NCBI GenBank assembly: GCA_963514005.1
Contig: OY740797.1
Span: forward strand, 12,462,001 to 12,526,000
Source of the DNA: Raja brachyura
Taxonomy: Eukaryota
Reading direction: 5' to 3'
Length of the DNA: 64,000 nucleotides
A program made the position numbers and the translations under genes. This document shows, one piece after another, positions 11,692 through 24,546 of the stretch (its first letter is position 1; every line of letters begins with the position of its first letter). A model generated the notes under the pieces. That model made no database searches and had not been told where the DNA came from. It saw only the letters and a list, made by a program, of their open reading frames with translations.

Positions 11692-11754
11692 ATGTCCAAG
11701 TACCACAGGACGCCCGCCAGAACTATGGACAATCTTATCGAAGTGAAGAGCAAG
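11692..11754 (+). CDS. PARD6A: Partitioning defective 6 homolog (alpha-like), coding exon 1
   Basis: accATG; encodes MSKYHRTPARTMDNLIEVKSK (21 codons), then phase-0 donor AAG|GTAGAA. The EVKSK exon end is Par6-diagnostic; RTPAR matches my recollection of the PARD6A N-terminus better than PARD6B/G. Confidence 0.9.
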
Positions 11755-12413
11755 GTAGAAACGTGTTAATTGCTGGATGCATTTATGTAACTTTCAGCAT
11801 TGTCCTCAGTGCTAGATTTGAATGCATGCTTTTAAACGCCGTGAGTTTTTTTTAATAATAACCGAAGGTAGCTCGGATTATGCAACAATGCAACAAAACG
11901 GTCTTGGTTCAACGGATCGTTCGCTTATTTTCGGGATATTTTCCAGGGACTGCGTGTGTTTTATCCCTAAATGCGTGCGGACCACAGTTGCTTGCGCCGC
12001 GCTGTTCCTCGGAACGAATTGATCTCGCTATTGATGTAAACAAACCTCACCTTAAAAAAAATTCCAAGGCGTTTGCAGCGGTTAAAATATGACTGGGTTT
12101 TTTTTTGTTATTGCGGCTATTTTATATTTCTGTCAATGTTCTTCCCTCTCTGGGCACTCGTAAGGCGACGATGCCCGTTTCTCGCCATCATAATTCGCAT
12201 TATTGGCTGTTATTATTGGAGCCATATTTAATGATATTACGTGTTAGAAATAATTTGAAAGGTTGCGCTTAGATTTGGTTATAAAAATAGGCAGATTATA
12301 AATCTAATGTTTGGGATTCGCGTATTATTTTCACATTCATTGGGAGCCTGCCTGGTTACGTGTGTTTAGAGAGACGCAGGTGCTACAAACTCTTCATTTT
12401 TCTCCCCTCACAG

Positions 12414-12636
12414 TTCGATGCTGAATTCCGAAGATTTGCTCTAAAACGTTCCAACGTCGGGGGTTTTCAGGAATTTTACCAGCTGATTCAAGCCGTCCAT
12501 CAGATCCCGTACGTGGATGTATTGTTAGGATATACCGACATCCACGGGGACTTGCTGCCCATCAACAACGATGACAATTATCACAAAGCGGTCTCCTCTG
12601 CCAACCCTTTACTGAGAGTCATCATTCAGAGACGGG
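12414..12636 (+). CDS. PARD6A: Par6 (alpha-like) coding exon 2, PB1 domain
   Basis: Acceptor tcatttttctcccctcacag|TTC; encodes [74 protein letters not shown]; 223 nt; phase-1 donor G|GTAAGT. Family identity is certain; paralog assignment rests on [19 protein letters not shown]. Confidence 0.93.
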
Positions 12637-12903
12637 GTAAGTCGAACGCAGGAGCTACCTTCCATTGGCGCCTGAATTATATCCCATTTAAAAAAAAATA
12701 ACAATCTCGAGATACATAACTGGTAATGTCGGATGGTGCCTTGGCATTTCATGTGACTTATTATAATCTGTGTATAAATAGTCGCGGCTCTTTAAGTGCT
12801 CAACATAGTGCGCTTGTCTTTTTAAATGTAGGAGGTATCTTAACACCGACACCTCTGTGCACTGAACGGATTCCGCTATGCAAGGAATTCGGTTAATCTT
12901 AAC

Positions 12904-13011
12904 CGACACCCACCAGTCTGAAGAAGGGTCTCGACCCGAAACGTCGCCTATCTCCTTCGCTCCTTAGATGCTGCTGCACCCGCTGAGTTTCTCCAGCGTT
13001 TTGTGTAACCC
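12904..13011 (+). mobile_element. Young Penelope-derived short insertion with 15-bp TSD and hammerhead-like core
   Basis: Direct repeat TCGGTTAATCTTAAC at 12889-12903 and 13012-13026; internal CTGAAGA-A-GGGTC-tc-GACCC-GAAACGTC at 12918-12945. Confidence 0.85.
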
Positions 13012-13756
13012 TCGGTTAATCTTAACTTTTTCTAAAGAACCGGGAAAGGGTGGTGGTGGTGTCAGGAGAAAAGGTCGTGGCGTTGTAAGTCACTTACAAT
13101 GAGATCTATTTTTAGCAAAATATTTCTCCATTATTCATGTTCCCTTGTTTTATCTATTTTTAGCACAAGGCACATTGACTCGTCGCTATTTGTGCCAGAA
13201 ATGGGTGCGTTAAATAACTATTCCACTATTATGCAGGTTAAGCAATTAAACGTGGTCTTGGTTCGTGCATGTTAGTTATATGGGTTACATTTTATTTTTA
13301 TAGTGTTTGCTTAAAAAGCAAAACCTCATGCCATAACAACCATTATGTTTGTCCAGATACAAACAATTGCATTTTCATTCCACATGTAAATCATTAGTCT
13401 TCATAAAGCCTAAGTTTTCAAACTGAAGGGTGAGGTAAAGTTAGATTGGAATTGCGGGGGATTACCTCAGATATGGAGTGGAGCAAAAACCTCTTTGAAA
13501 CTGTATTGCAGAAATATTCTGGCCCTTTTTTGCAATATAATCCTAATATTTTCCACTCTTCCCTTTCCACGGGCAGATGAAAATCGTCAGTCCCCACATA
13601 AATCAGCTTTGTCGTGGGCAGCAAACTTTGAAACAATTAAAACAACCTCCTAATCAGTTCCTTTCCTCCCACAACCCTAACTGTATTATCACTAATTGGA
13701 GAACACAGCTGAGGGAGTCCCAGCTGCTAATTGCTTTGCCTATATGGCCTGCAAAT

Positions 13757-13850
13757 GATAGACACAAAATGCTGGAGTAACTCAGCGGGGCAGGCAGCAT
13801 CTCTGGAGAGAAGGAATGGGTGATGTTTCAGGTCGAGACCCTCCTTCAGG
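13757..13850 (-). mobile_element. Penelope-derived short repeat
   Basis: gatagacacaaaatgctggagtaactcagcggggcaggcagcatctctggag...gatgtttcaggtcgagaccctccttcag. Confidence 0.75.
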
Positions 13851-14289
13851 TTTGCAGATGGGTGGCCCATGATGCCCCTTCTAAACTTTTCATTGATGCT
13901 ATTGTAGTCGTCTCTGGAGCGACCTCCAGTATTTTGTAAACAACAAGGGCAAGGTGGTTTCATATCCTCTGCAACCCATGAATTGAACGTAGTTTTGGAT
14001 TACAATGAGTGCATTTATTTTGCAAATTAGATCTTTTAATTGCATGTTCTTTTTGTTTTGAGCTGCAGTTCCATTAGAAGTCCACTTCTTGTGAATGATA
14101 TTGATGATAAATGCAATAAGCATTTTTTTTCTTCTAATGTTAGATGGGATTGAATTTACACCGCATAATGATGTTGGTCTCGGGCTTTACCTTTCTGAAT
14201 GGAGAAAATGTCAAATAGTTCATGGCTGGTAAAGTTGCAGCCTCAGTGCCAGTGACCTGGCTTTAATCCTGTCCTCTGGCGCTGTTTGT

Positions 14290-15061
14290 GTCCCCCAAAA
14301 CTCCCTCCCCTCTTCACCCTTCCTCTTCTTTCCCCTCTCCTCCTCCCCTCCCCCAATCTTTTCCTTTCCCCTACCCTCACACCCTCCCTCCATAACTCCT
14401 CTCCCACTGCCCTCCTCGCCCTCTATTTCCCACTCCCTACCTCCCCCACTCCTCTCCCTCTATTTCCCCCTCCTCCCCCACCAGACATGAGACAGGAAAC
14501 TGAAAAAAGAGGAAGAGATAGATTTCTCCACTGATTTTGAAATTTGGCAAGGCCCCACTGCCGCCGCGAGGCCCCCACCGGGTCGGACGAAGCGGCCGAT
14601 GGCGCCCACGGCTGGGCACCATGGAGGCCGTGAAGTAGGCTTGGCTGCTCGCCACCACAGAGACACCCGCAGTTGCAACTCCAGCCAGTGGCGCGTTAGT
14701 GATGCTCAATCCGCTCCTTCTGCTTTATATTATCCTCGCCGGGCGAGGTGGACTCCGCCCATGATTGACAGCGGACCCGGCCAATCAGTGCGGTGATCGT
14801 GCAGGGAGGGGCGCCGCCATCCTGGTGACTGACAGGAGAGGAGACCAATCTGCGCATGCGCAGTTTTGAAGATTTTTAAACATTAATAACTTTTACAATA
14901 TACCATCAATCGGAACAAAACTTGTTGCCCTTGTAGCACAGGTAAATGGTGAGTAAGGTGGCAAAAAATCGTAGCGTTATCGTGTACTGTTTTTGTGCAA
15001 ATAGAAAAAACCGCAAAACCGGAAGAGCTCAAGATCAGAGTTTTAGTTATGGATAGATAGA
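14290..15061 (-). mobile_element. Second non-autonomous Helitron-like element (3' end apparently truncated)
   Basis: Minus-strand start A|TCTATCTATCCATAACTAAAACTCTGATCTTG, sharing 16 bp with the 3085-3949 element. CpG-rich body and a polypyrimidine tract; no CTRR/hairpin end found. It follows a SINE head at ~14227-14290. Confidence 0.6.
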
Positions 15062-16659
15062 TCCTCGCCTCCCTCCAGGGGAAAATGTAAAACAAACTTA
15101 AAGGTTATTGCTGTATTATTTTTTTATGCCTGCCAGGTGAACGTAGTATACACACAAAACTTGAAGCGAGTTGAGCAACCATTTACTTTAACTTATTAAT
15201 TTGCAATCCCCAACAATAGGAAAATTCCTGTCTTTACCAGCACTTAAATCTGAATACATTGCTGAGTACAATGTTATGAACAGGACATTTGAATTCATGT
15301 GGTTCCATTGATCATGTTACTTCCTTTAAACTTGCGTTTATAAGTTTGTTGAATTCCAGGGTTGCAGCCACAACAGTTCTCTATTTTTTCGGTCAAGCCC
15401 ACCACATGGGATGTTGGAGGCACTGCCAAGATGCTGCTTTCGCACTCTATATTTCAATATCAAACTCACCTAGAATATTTTCCACAATCAATCACGGACA
15501 CTTTGTGCACTATCCATTTCTGTGACAACTTCACCTTTGTTTACCACCTTGTGCAACCCTCAAATGTTCTACAAACTTCTAGTTCTTCTCCTCCCCCTCC
15601 CCAGTGGCAGCCATTTTTAATCAAATATTACTTGTCTATGTGACAAAATCAAGTGTTCACTGACTGTTTTATTATTAAATTATTCTCCATTACATTTTAA
15701 AGTGGATTGTATTTTTGGGGAAGCGCCGAAGCATTTTTATAACAAGATGCAAAGTGATTAACAGTTGCTAAATCTTTACAGACTGAAGAACTGAATCTGA
15801 GTTTATTAGTGTACTTGCTTGTGTTAAGTGCTTTGGGATCTTTCTCTGTTGAAAGATGCTATATTTGTCATATTGCTCCTGGGGTAGGGAAGTGTATCAG
15901 TGAGCTGCAATTTATCTTTCAAACTGTAGGTGATCAAGTCTGATGTTTGCTGATGATGCAAAGAGTCACAAGCTTGGTAACTTCTGACCTTTTAAAAGCC
16001 AATGGCACTTTGTCTTCAAGTGCTTCAATTAGCTAATGTAGCAATACTGTGGACATAAAACTAGGCAGCAGGAATGATTTAGTGTGTCTGATGGAATTCC
16101 TTGATAGTTGCAAGATTAAATGTGGTTGTGCTCTTCTTCCCAACTTCTCACCAATTTACAATAGCTGAATGGCAGACTTTGTAAAGTTTCCAATACATGG
16201 TCCGGATGATGGACCTGGGAATTGTGGCTTGTGTTCTAAATCGCGTCTGAGTTGGTGGCTAGAAATTGGTCTATTCAGTTCTGGTGTGATTAGAAAATTT
16301 AGTGTGTACTTATGGAGGAGGGAAATACTCTTTTTGGCATACAGCTATAACTGGGAAGCAAAATATCTGATTATGTGGAGGTTAAGATGAAGTACATCAC
16401 ACACTTGGATATTGCCATGCTATAAATTTTCACTAGAATAGGTCCCTTTCTGGAATTATTTATTCAGATTTATGGTTGTGTCTGTGAGCGTTAGGTCTCC
16501 ATAATGTGATTGCATTTTGTGTCCACAGATGGATTTCTTAACCCTTTGTGTCATTGCTTTGTACATAAAACTGGCGTGGAGTCGGTTTAAAATGTTGCTA
16601 TAATTGTAAAACTGTCACTGCTACCTGTGATCATGGGAAGCTTGAAACTATTCTATTAT

Positions 16660-16845
16660 GGTGCCCTAAAATATGGGGGGGGGGGGAAAACTATGTATAA
16701 ACGTGTAAAAATGGCCTTTATTAAAATCTGACAATGTGCTCTTTAACCACATGCAATATTTTTCTATTACAAATCTCAACTTGTGGAGTACAGAGGCAAA
16801 TAAAGAAATTATGGCTCTTTGTCGCAAACATTATGGAGGGCACTG
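16660..16845. mobile_element. Tc1/mariner-type MITE fragment (one terminus)
   Basis: Ends ...cattatggagggcactg|ta (reverse complement TA|CAGTGCCCTCCATAATG), a Tc1-like CAGTG terminus with TA target; partner TIR not found. Confidence 0.55.
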
Positions 16846-17715
16846 TATTTACTTGCACTGACCTGACACTATGATTTAGTTGATCAAATGTTCAGGCAGT
16901 CCAGTGAACTAGTGTATATTGAAGACTATTTATCTGAATCATCTGTACCATTGATACTCTTGTCAAATCTTATTTGTATTGTTAGCTTACGTGGTCCACA
17001 TTCAAATAGTAAAGAAAGTTTTGTGGTTCATTTATTCACTGAAGTTAATTGAGATATCTATTGGTGCTTTTGAATGTAATATTGCAACTTGCCTTTTCTC
17101 ATGGTATGCTGGTATTTCCCGGATGGATGCCAGTTTAGGTCTAGATTTGGATACTAATGAAAAAATGTTTACCTCGTCTGTTGCACACAAGACCATCTCA
17201 TTTTGAGCTTTTATATGACTGGATTTTACTCGTTTTAAATGGTACCTTTAGTGTTCCCTGAAAGGCAGGCACATGTAATCGCTGTTACAAAGCAAGAAAT
17301 TGTACTGACCACTTTGTACACAGCAACGTGATCATTTGGTCAAGGATTTGGCAACTAATTTGCTTTTTGAAATAATATTGGATTTTGCATGCATCTGTGG
17401 AAACACAAGTGGCTTTATTTGAAATGTTATCCAAAGGATGACTCCTAGAATGTAGCCCCCCCCACCCCCCCACCCCCCACCAGTAATGCACTTGAGATTT
17501 ATGATGGGGGGGTTCCTCTTGGTAACTCGAGTCCAAGCCAGAACCTTTTGACTTGGGTGACAAGTGCTGGCCCTCGGAGAACAATAATTTCAAGTTAGGA
17601 CATTTAAATATTTCAAAAACGACTTGATTGTTAGCACATAACTCGCGTTTTAAAGATCTGTGATGAAAATCACTTGCTAAATTGCTCATTTCTAAAATGA
17701 CTAAAATCACTTGAA

Positions 17716-17885
17716 TAGACACAGAGTACTGGAGTAACTAAGCAGGTCAGGCAGCATCTCTGGAGAAAAAGGATGGATGATGTTTTGGGCCGGAACTCTT
17801 CTTTAGACAGTCTGACCCGCTGAGTTACTGCAGCACTTTGTGTATATCATCGGTATAAACCAGCATCCACAATTCTTTCCTACAG
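17716..17885. mobile_element. Fold-back pair of Penelope-derived short repeats
   Basis: A minus copy (…ttctttagac) is fused directly to a plus copy (ctgacccgctgagttactgcagcactttgtgt). Confidence 0.7.
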
Positions 17886-20447
17886 AAAATCACATGGATG
17901 CATATTTTTCTAAACATCGTTTAATTGCATGGTAAAGTCTAAATCGCTTGTTAATCAGCCTTTTAGCTAATTTGCTATGAGGTGGGAAATGATGCCTTGT
18001 TCTAATAACTCTTGAACAACCATTGATAACTTGTAAAGTTCCCTGCTAAGTGAGTAGAATGCCATATGTACATTTGTTTGAAAGCTATGTGAAAACAAAA
18101 ATAATAATTTGTGTGAGTGTCAACATGGAAATTATTTTTCTTACTTGATGTTGATGTAACTTGAATAAAGTTAATCTTTCAGTTAGAGACTGGGGGTTAT
18201 GCGTTCCACTTGAGATGTTGGGGTGCTTTTCATGTGTATGAATAGCCATTGCAAGTAGCAGTTTTGCAAATACAATGTGTTTATTGCAAAAGATAGACAC
18301 AAAAAGCTGCAGTAACTCAGTGGGTCAGGCAGCATTTCTCTTGAGAAAAGCAATGGTTGATGTTTCAGGTCAGGACCCCATCTTTGGACCCTGAATGCAA
18401 ACCAGTTTTTCTTGAATGCAAGTTTTGGCAAACCTGCAACTTTGTGGCTTCAGACTGCGTGAGCATGGTGCACTAAAAACTTACTGCTCTTAATATTTGA
18501 TATTTAATATTATGAAATTAAGTGACCTCTGCTAATATTTCTCAAACTGGACCTTAAGATATTTGAAAATGTTCTTCACAAGCACATAAATTAGTGTGGT
18601 TTCTTTCTTGTCTAAACCTGTATCTAGTTGCAATTCTGCAAATGCCCTTAATTTGCAACTAATTTGCATCAGTAGTTTTAATAGGACAATCTCTATTTAG
18701 AACGGAACTATCGGAGTTCATTTCTACAAACGTAGGTTTGATTAACTTCAAGCTTGTAAATCAAATTGGAGGCTTTGGCATTGGTATCAAAAACATTTTG
18801 ATGAGATGAGAGAACTTGTTGGTGGCAGTGTGGAGAATAATGGAAACTTTGAAAGTTGGTAAAGTGTGGTTAGTTCATTAATCAGGTCATTTATGTTTGA
18901 TCTCAGCTGGTGACAGCAAAACACCATCTAAAGGTGGGAATGACTTAACAGCATAGGGGTTTTGAAGTAAAAACTTCACTTACAACCAAATACTTGTATG
19001 TTAATTTTTGCTTGTTACAACTATCAGTGAGGTGGAAATATTAATTACTGGAACAGTATCCCAATGAGCAGTGCTTATTACAAAATAAAATTGGGAAGGA
19101 AATCTTGTTTCCAGATTTAGTTTTGGGACAATAACACCATGTCCACAAATTAGCAAGTTTTCAGAAGTCACATTGACCATTCATTGTGTAGGCCACATCT
19201 GTACAATAACAAAAAAAGGGCATGTTACCACTTGAAATATCGAGGATGAAGTAATTTGGCATAGCTTTTTAAAAACAATCCAATGCTATTTTGTTCTTGG
19301 ATACTATGTACTGTTCACTATGTGGGGACACAAGACCTGGCATTATTAGTTGTTTGTCTTTTTGGTTACCTTGCTCATTTGGTAAATTAGATTGAGTTGC
19401 ATGACAATTTTCACCTACTTGCACCAAAAAAGGCAGCTGTCTTGATTTTGGGGGAGAGGAGGGAAATAAATTAATTATAAAATCATAGCTGATTTTGGTC
19501 CACAAAGCAAGTAAATCATTCGCTAAAGTTTAGAAGTACAAGTCGCAAGGTTGTCCTTGGTATCCATCAGTTTCTTTTACATGTTTACATTTTTCTTCTG
19601 AGACCTTGATGGAAAGAGAAGGGAATGGAATGGAAAAGACACAAGTCTATAACAATGCTAAGCAGAACATACTGCACTTGCATAGTCAGTTGATTAGTAC
19701 GTGTAGAGGGACAGTATTTTGCACCAAAAGCTGTTTTTAATTTATATTGGGGCAACGCCAGGTGATCATGTTTATTACATGCAACCTTGTCTTAAACACA
19801 GCAAAAGGCAGTTTGTGTCGCACACAAGCTGTTAACAACAATGCGATCGTTGTGGTTGCAGAACCTGCACCAGGTTTCGGTTCAAAGTTGACCATTGGAA
19901 ACAACTAGTTAAAGTACTTAGAATTTTTTTTTTCCCCATTTGTCCTACCCAACATCATATAACACAACACAAACGGGTTAATAAAGCTCCTTTCTCTTTT
20001 AGGTATCTGAATATGCCTTCCATCAATATTTGCTTTCCTTGAGTAAGTGGATTCCCAGTCTGTATGTTTTAATATTTATTATGGTTGCTGTGTAACTCCT
20101 ACAGTTGGGAGTTACCTTGCTGCTTTTCTAATGGACATATTGTTCCATTTTTTTGTGGCAGAATTCTTGCTCTGTAGCCAGTGGTCAAACCACATTCCAA
20201 CAATCAACTTTTTGACTTGGTTGATAACACACTTTGATGGAGTTCATCTACTCTCCTAGTGATAATGCTAGGCTAAAATATTAGTGCAGTGATGTAGTGT
20301 GGCAATGTGGTAGGCGCTAAATTTTGGGTGAGATGTTAAAGTGCAATATGTAGATACAAGATCCCTCGGCACTGCTCTGTAGAGAAGGTCTCCCTGGTGG
20401 TCTCCCCAAATCTTGATTAACATGGGTGACCTGCTTATTATTCCAAG

Positions 20448-21126
20448 GTAGATAAAAATGCTGGAGAAACTCAGCGGGTGAGGCAGCATCCATGGAGCGA
20501 AAGAAAAGGTGACGTTTCGGGTAGAGACCTTTCTTCAGACTGATGTGGAGGTGGGAAGAAGAAAGGAAGAGGCTGGAGGAGCTGGGGAGGGAGAAAGCAA
20601 GGACAACCTGAAATTGGAGAAGTCAATGTTCATACCACTGTGGTGTAAACTACCCAAGCGAAATATGAGGTGCTGCTCCTCCAATTTACGTTGGGATTCA
20701 CTCTGGCCATGGAGGAGGCCCAGGACAGAAAGGTCTGATTCTGAATGGGGGGGGGGGGGGGGTTGAAGTGCTGAGCCACCGGGAGATCAGGTTGGTTATT
20801 GCGAACTGAGCGAAGGTGTTGGGCGAAGCGATCGCCAAGCCTACGCTTGGTGTCACCGATGTAGAGCAGCTGACACCTGCGGATGCAGGTGAACATCTGT
20901 CGCACCTGGAAAAGGCTGCTTGGGTCCTTGGATGGTCAAGGGGGGCGGAGGTAAAGCGACAAGTGTAGCATTTCCTACGGTTGCAAGAGAAAGTACCGGG
21001 GAGGGGGTGGTTTCGGTGGGAAGGGACGAATTGACCAGGGATTTACAGAGGGAGCGGTCTCTGCGGAAAGCCGAATGAGCAGGAGATGGGAAGATGTGGC
21101 AAGTGGTGGGATCCCGTTGGAGGTGA
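20448..21126 (-). mobile_element. Penelope-like retroelement fragment with GIY-YIG endonuclease remnant
   Basis: ORF 20630-20905 reads CIRRCQLLYIGDTKRRLGDRFAQHLRSVRNNQPDLPVAQHFN (C..C..LYIG.T.R.L..R..H). It is contiguous with the abundant short repeat, linking that repeat to PLEs. Confidence 0.9.
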
Positions 21127-21622
21127 CTTATTATTCCATTAATGTTTGGGTGCTAGCTGTGAGCAAATTAACTGCCAGGTTTCTGTCATCGACTAATCCT
21201 CCGATGTAGGCTATAAAGAGAGCTTGTTTAATATTTGCATAACCTAGTTTGTGCTGGGATGATATTTTAAAAGTTTTGTTGTAGCTGCTATGCTGCTTTC
21301 TTAAACTTGTGGGCTAAAATTTCAGCTAGTAAGAACAGTTGTATCAAATACATACACGATGTTCAGGTTTTACAGTTGGGATTGGTGTTTATGTGTGTGG
21401 GGTATCTGCAGAGTTTTAATGTGTTGAAAATTTGTTGATGTCCTTTTTTTACATTTATGGCACGGTACCCCTTTAGGTGTTTGTTTCTGGGAGAAATGGG
21501 TTTTTGTATTTGACATGCAGATTTGGGGGAAATCAAGATTTAACAACATTTCAGACATGCCATGTCTGTCTTAAGATTTTGTTTCCAGTCATGGACTTTT
21601 CATGTATTGATTTATAGCTAAT

Positions 21623-21952
21623 AGCCTTGTCTCACGGTACGAGTTCATTCCAAGAGCTCTCCTGAGTTAAAAAAAAAAATCAAACTCGTGGTAAGCACGG
21701 AGAATGAACATAGCGGGTACGTCGGAGCCCGGGGACATCACTTAGCGGCTCGTAACGCTAACGGCAGGTACTCGGGAAGACTCGCTAATGGCAGATAAGC
21801 ACGGGACGACTCGTGAAGATTTTTCAACATGTTGAAAAATGTCCACGAGAGCCCAGAGTACCGACGAGTAGCCATTACCGTAAATCTCTGAGTTCGAATC
21901 GGGGCAAACTCGGGAGAGCTCTTGGAATGAACTCGTACCGTGGGACAGGGCT
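21623..21952. mobile_element. PIF/Harbinger-like MITE (330 bp)
   Basis: 46-bp TIRs at 21623-21668 and 21907-21952, 43/46 identical; right flank TTA, left flank imperfect; CpG-rich interior. Confidence 0.8.
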
Positions 21953-23569
21953 TTAACTCGGAGTTGCAGAATCTCCTCAAGCATAACTTTACAAGGAACT
22001 AATGGAAGTGATCTTTGAATATCACACCCAAAATAAATGCATTCAAGATTCTAAAAGACATTGAACAAATCCACTTCTGGATCCCAGTGTATCCCCACTA
22101 AAATCCAATGCTATTTTGACTCTGCTTGGTGATCATTTCCTGGTAAATGTCATAATGGCAGTATGTTTTTTGCTATTTTTGAAATGCCGTAACTATTTAA
22201 ATGTCACCAGTACACGATGTCCAGAGATTGTGAATGATAACTCGGACCCCAAGGTATGCACAGTTTTGATTATCACGAAAGTGCTGCACTTTAACAAATC
22301 CTCGTTTAACAGGTCTAATTCTGATCTGCTTGTGCACTGTTTCATTACTACAGGCAAGCAAACTGTTAAGGTGCATATTGATCTTTTGCTAAACAAAAAG
22401 AAGATTCAAAACGTAATCTGCACTTGTTCTCTCCCGTGCACTTCCAGCAAAAGGCACTAGAGGCTCAATAATTTGTGATTTAATTCCAAACTCCCAAATT
22501 GAAAATGCAGATGTTCCCTGTACAGAGCTGGGGTGAGCTATTGACCTTTTAGTGAACAGCAATTAAAATGTTTTATTGACTGTCATACTTGATGTGATAG
22601 CTCTAAATTGGATATCCTTAGTACTTCTCTTATTCTGGCCTCCTTCATAATCCCAAAATTGAATCATTCTGCCATTGGTTGTTGCATCTTTAGCTGCCAG
22701 GGCTCTAAGCTCTGAAATTCTCTCTAGCATGATCCTCTCCTCGTAAAATATTCAATATTTTGGTCATCTGCCACAACATTTCCTGTTGGTTCAGTGTTTA
22801 CACTGTTGAGAAAGACCTTGACGCTTTCTATATTAAGTGTACACCATTGTACGTTGTTGGAATTGGAACCAAGCTGCACAATATGGTCAATTATTACACA
22901 CATTTGGACTAATGTTTCTGCATTAACTATTCCCTTTTCCTGCATGTGATTAGACTTGCCTTCAGGGACTGTCCAATTGACCACTTATTTCTGCCTGTTC
23001 AGTCACACAGGACGAGTTTCTCATCCCTCTTTCTCCCAAGTCCCACCAATGAATGCCATCCTGTAAATGTGCCTTCATTTCTAATAAAACAATTATACAT
23101 GTCATCCAGTTTGTAATTTTTAAAAAGCACATGGCAACTGCTGGTTTGAACGATAAAGGCAGATTATAGATTACCGAGTGGAAAATTTATGTTAAGATTT
23201 GATCCATATAGGCAATTTTAAATGAGGGCAATAGAGATGGGTGAAAAAGCCTTGTACCAAATTTAGAGGGTGTAAAATAAAATTAGGGGACAGAGTACAG
23301 TGGATGTATTGAAAGTAACGGCAGCACCACTTTAATGCTGCCAAAACTAAATTGAGTTGGAGGATGAGGGGAAGGAATGACTCTCAAATTTGTATTCTGT
23401 TTAGACTTTTGCTAAAGATTTTAATTTGATGCTAAGTTTGCTTTGTGCTAACATTGACCTCTTACTCAATTTTCATCTTTCTTAAAGATGTCAATGTAGG
23501 ATTTTCTATTTTTAACCAGTAACTGCTCCCTGTCTTTGTAACAAAGAAAGCATCACTTTTAATTTGCTT

Positions 23570-23945
23570 GTGACATCAAGAGATTTGGAAGAACATTTTT
23601 AGGTGGGGTCTAAACCAGTGAGTCAAATCGCCATCGACTCCAACTGACTTTTGTACTGGATGTGACTGTCTTTACTGACTCATTCCTCAGGCAGTAATCT
23701 GTGCATTCTACTCAGCATTCTACTACGTCACAGCTTTTACAGTGTACCTGTTTTGTTAGCAATGACGGAGTTACACAAGGGTGTGGTGTGCTCTTAATTG
23801 TAGTTGGCAAAGCAATGTTTGTTTCTGACTTGACATTGCACAATGCATTGTTACAGAAATAGTTTATCTAAAAGTTACTGCTGTGTACCTTGTGTTTGGT
23901 GACGGAAGTTCCGGAAATTCTTGTATCGAGGTGTGTGCGTAAGTG
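23570..23945. promoter_or_regulatory. Candidate intronic enhancer or alternative promoter
   Basis: TGAGTCA 23619-23625, TGACTCA 23676-23682 overlapping CATTCC, duplicated GCATTCTACT, TACGTCA 23724-23730, paired ETS-like CGGAAGT/CCGGAAA 23903-23917. Motif evidence only. Confidence 0.35.
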
Positions 23946-24546
23946 GGGAGGGAGGGTCATCACGTTGGCATAATAAAAAGGATTCGGGAAGAACATTAGC
24001 TGAATTGAGGCAAATGTGTAATCTAAATCAGTGCATTCATCTTTGTAATCTACGCAACGTTTCCTGTCACTTGTCTTGTTAGTGGGCTTCATCAAGGTCA
24101 CCAGAGGCCAGCAACTCCCTGAGAATGATCTCCCTCTTGCAGGTCTAGTGTCCAGACCTACGGACTGTGATGTGGTCACTTGTTGAGCCGGAGATCTCGG
24201 GCCTCTTGCCTTGCCCAATCCCATTTGTTGGAATGGGGTCGCTGACCTTGAGCACGAGGGTTTATTTCTCTTAATTACAGAAACAGTCTAAGAAGGTTCA
24301 AAGGTGTCAAGGTTGTGGTCTTGGGTCACTGCTTGGGGGCTTGCTATGCTTTTAATGAGAATTCTCTGGTATGGATTATTCGCTCAATTGGCCCTTTCAG
24401 TGGACATTCAGGTTGGGTAGCTGGCTCTATCTTGTGTGGTCCACTCCAGTGTAAAAGACAAAGCTTTCATTGCCTGATTAAATGGAGAGGATACAAAGCC
24501 TATTTCTGCCTAACCATATTATTGCATCTGACCGACCTATAGTTGC

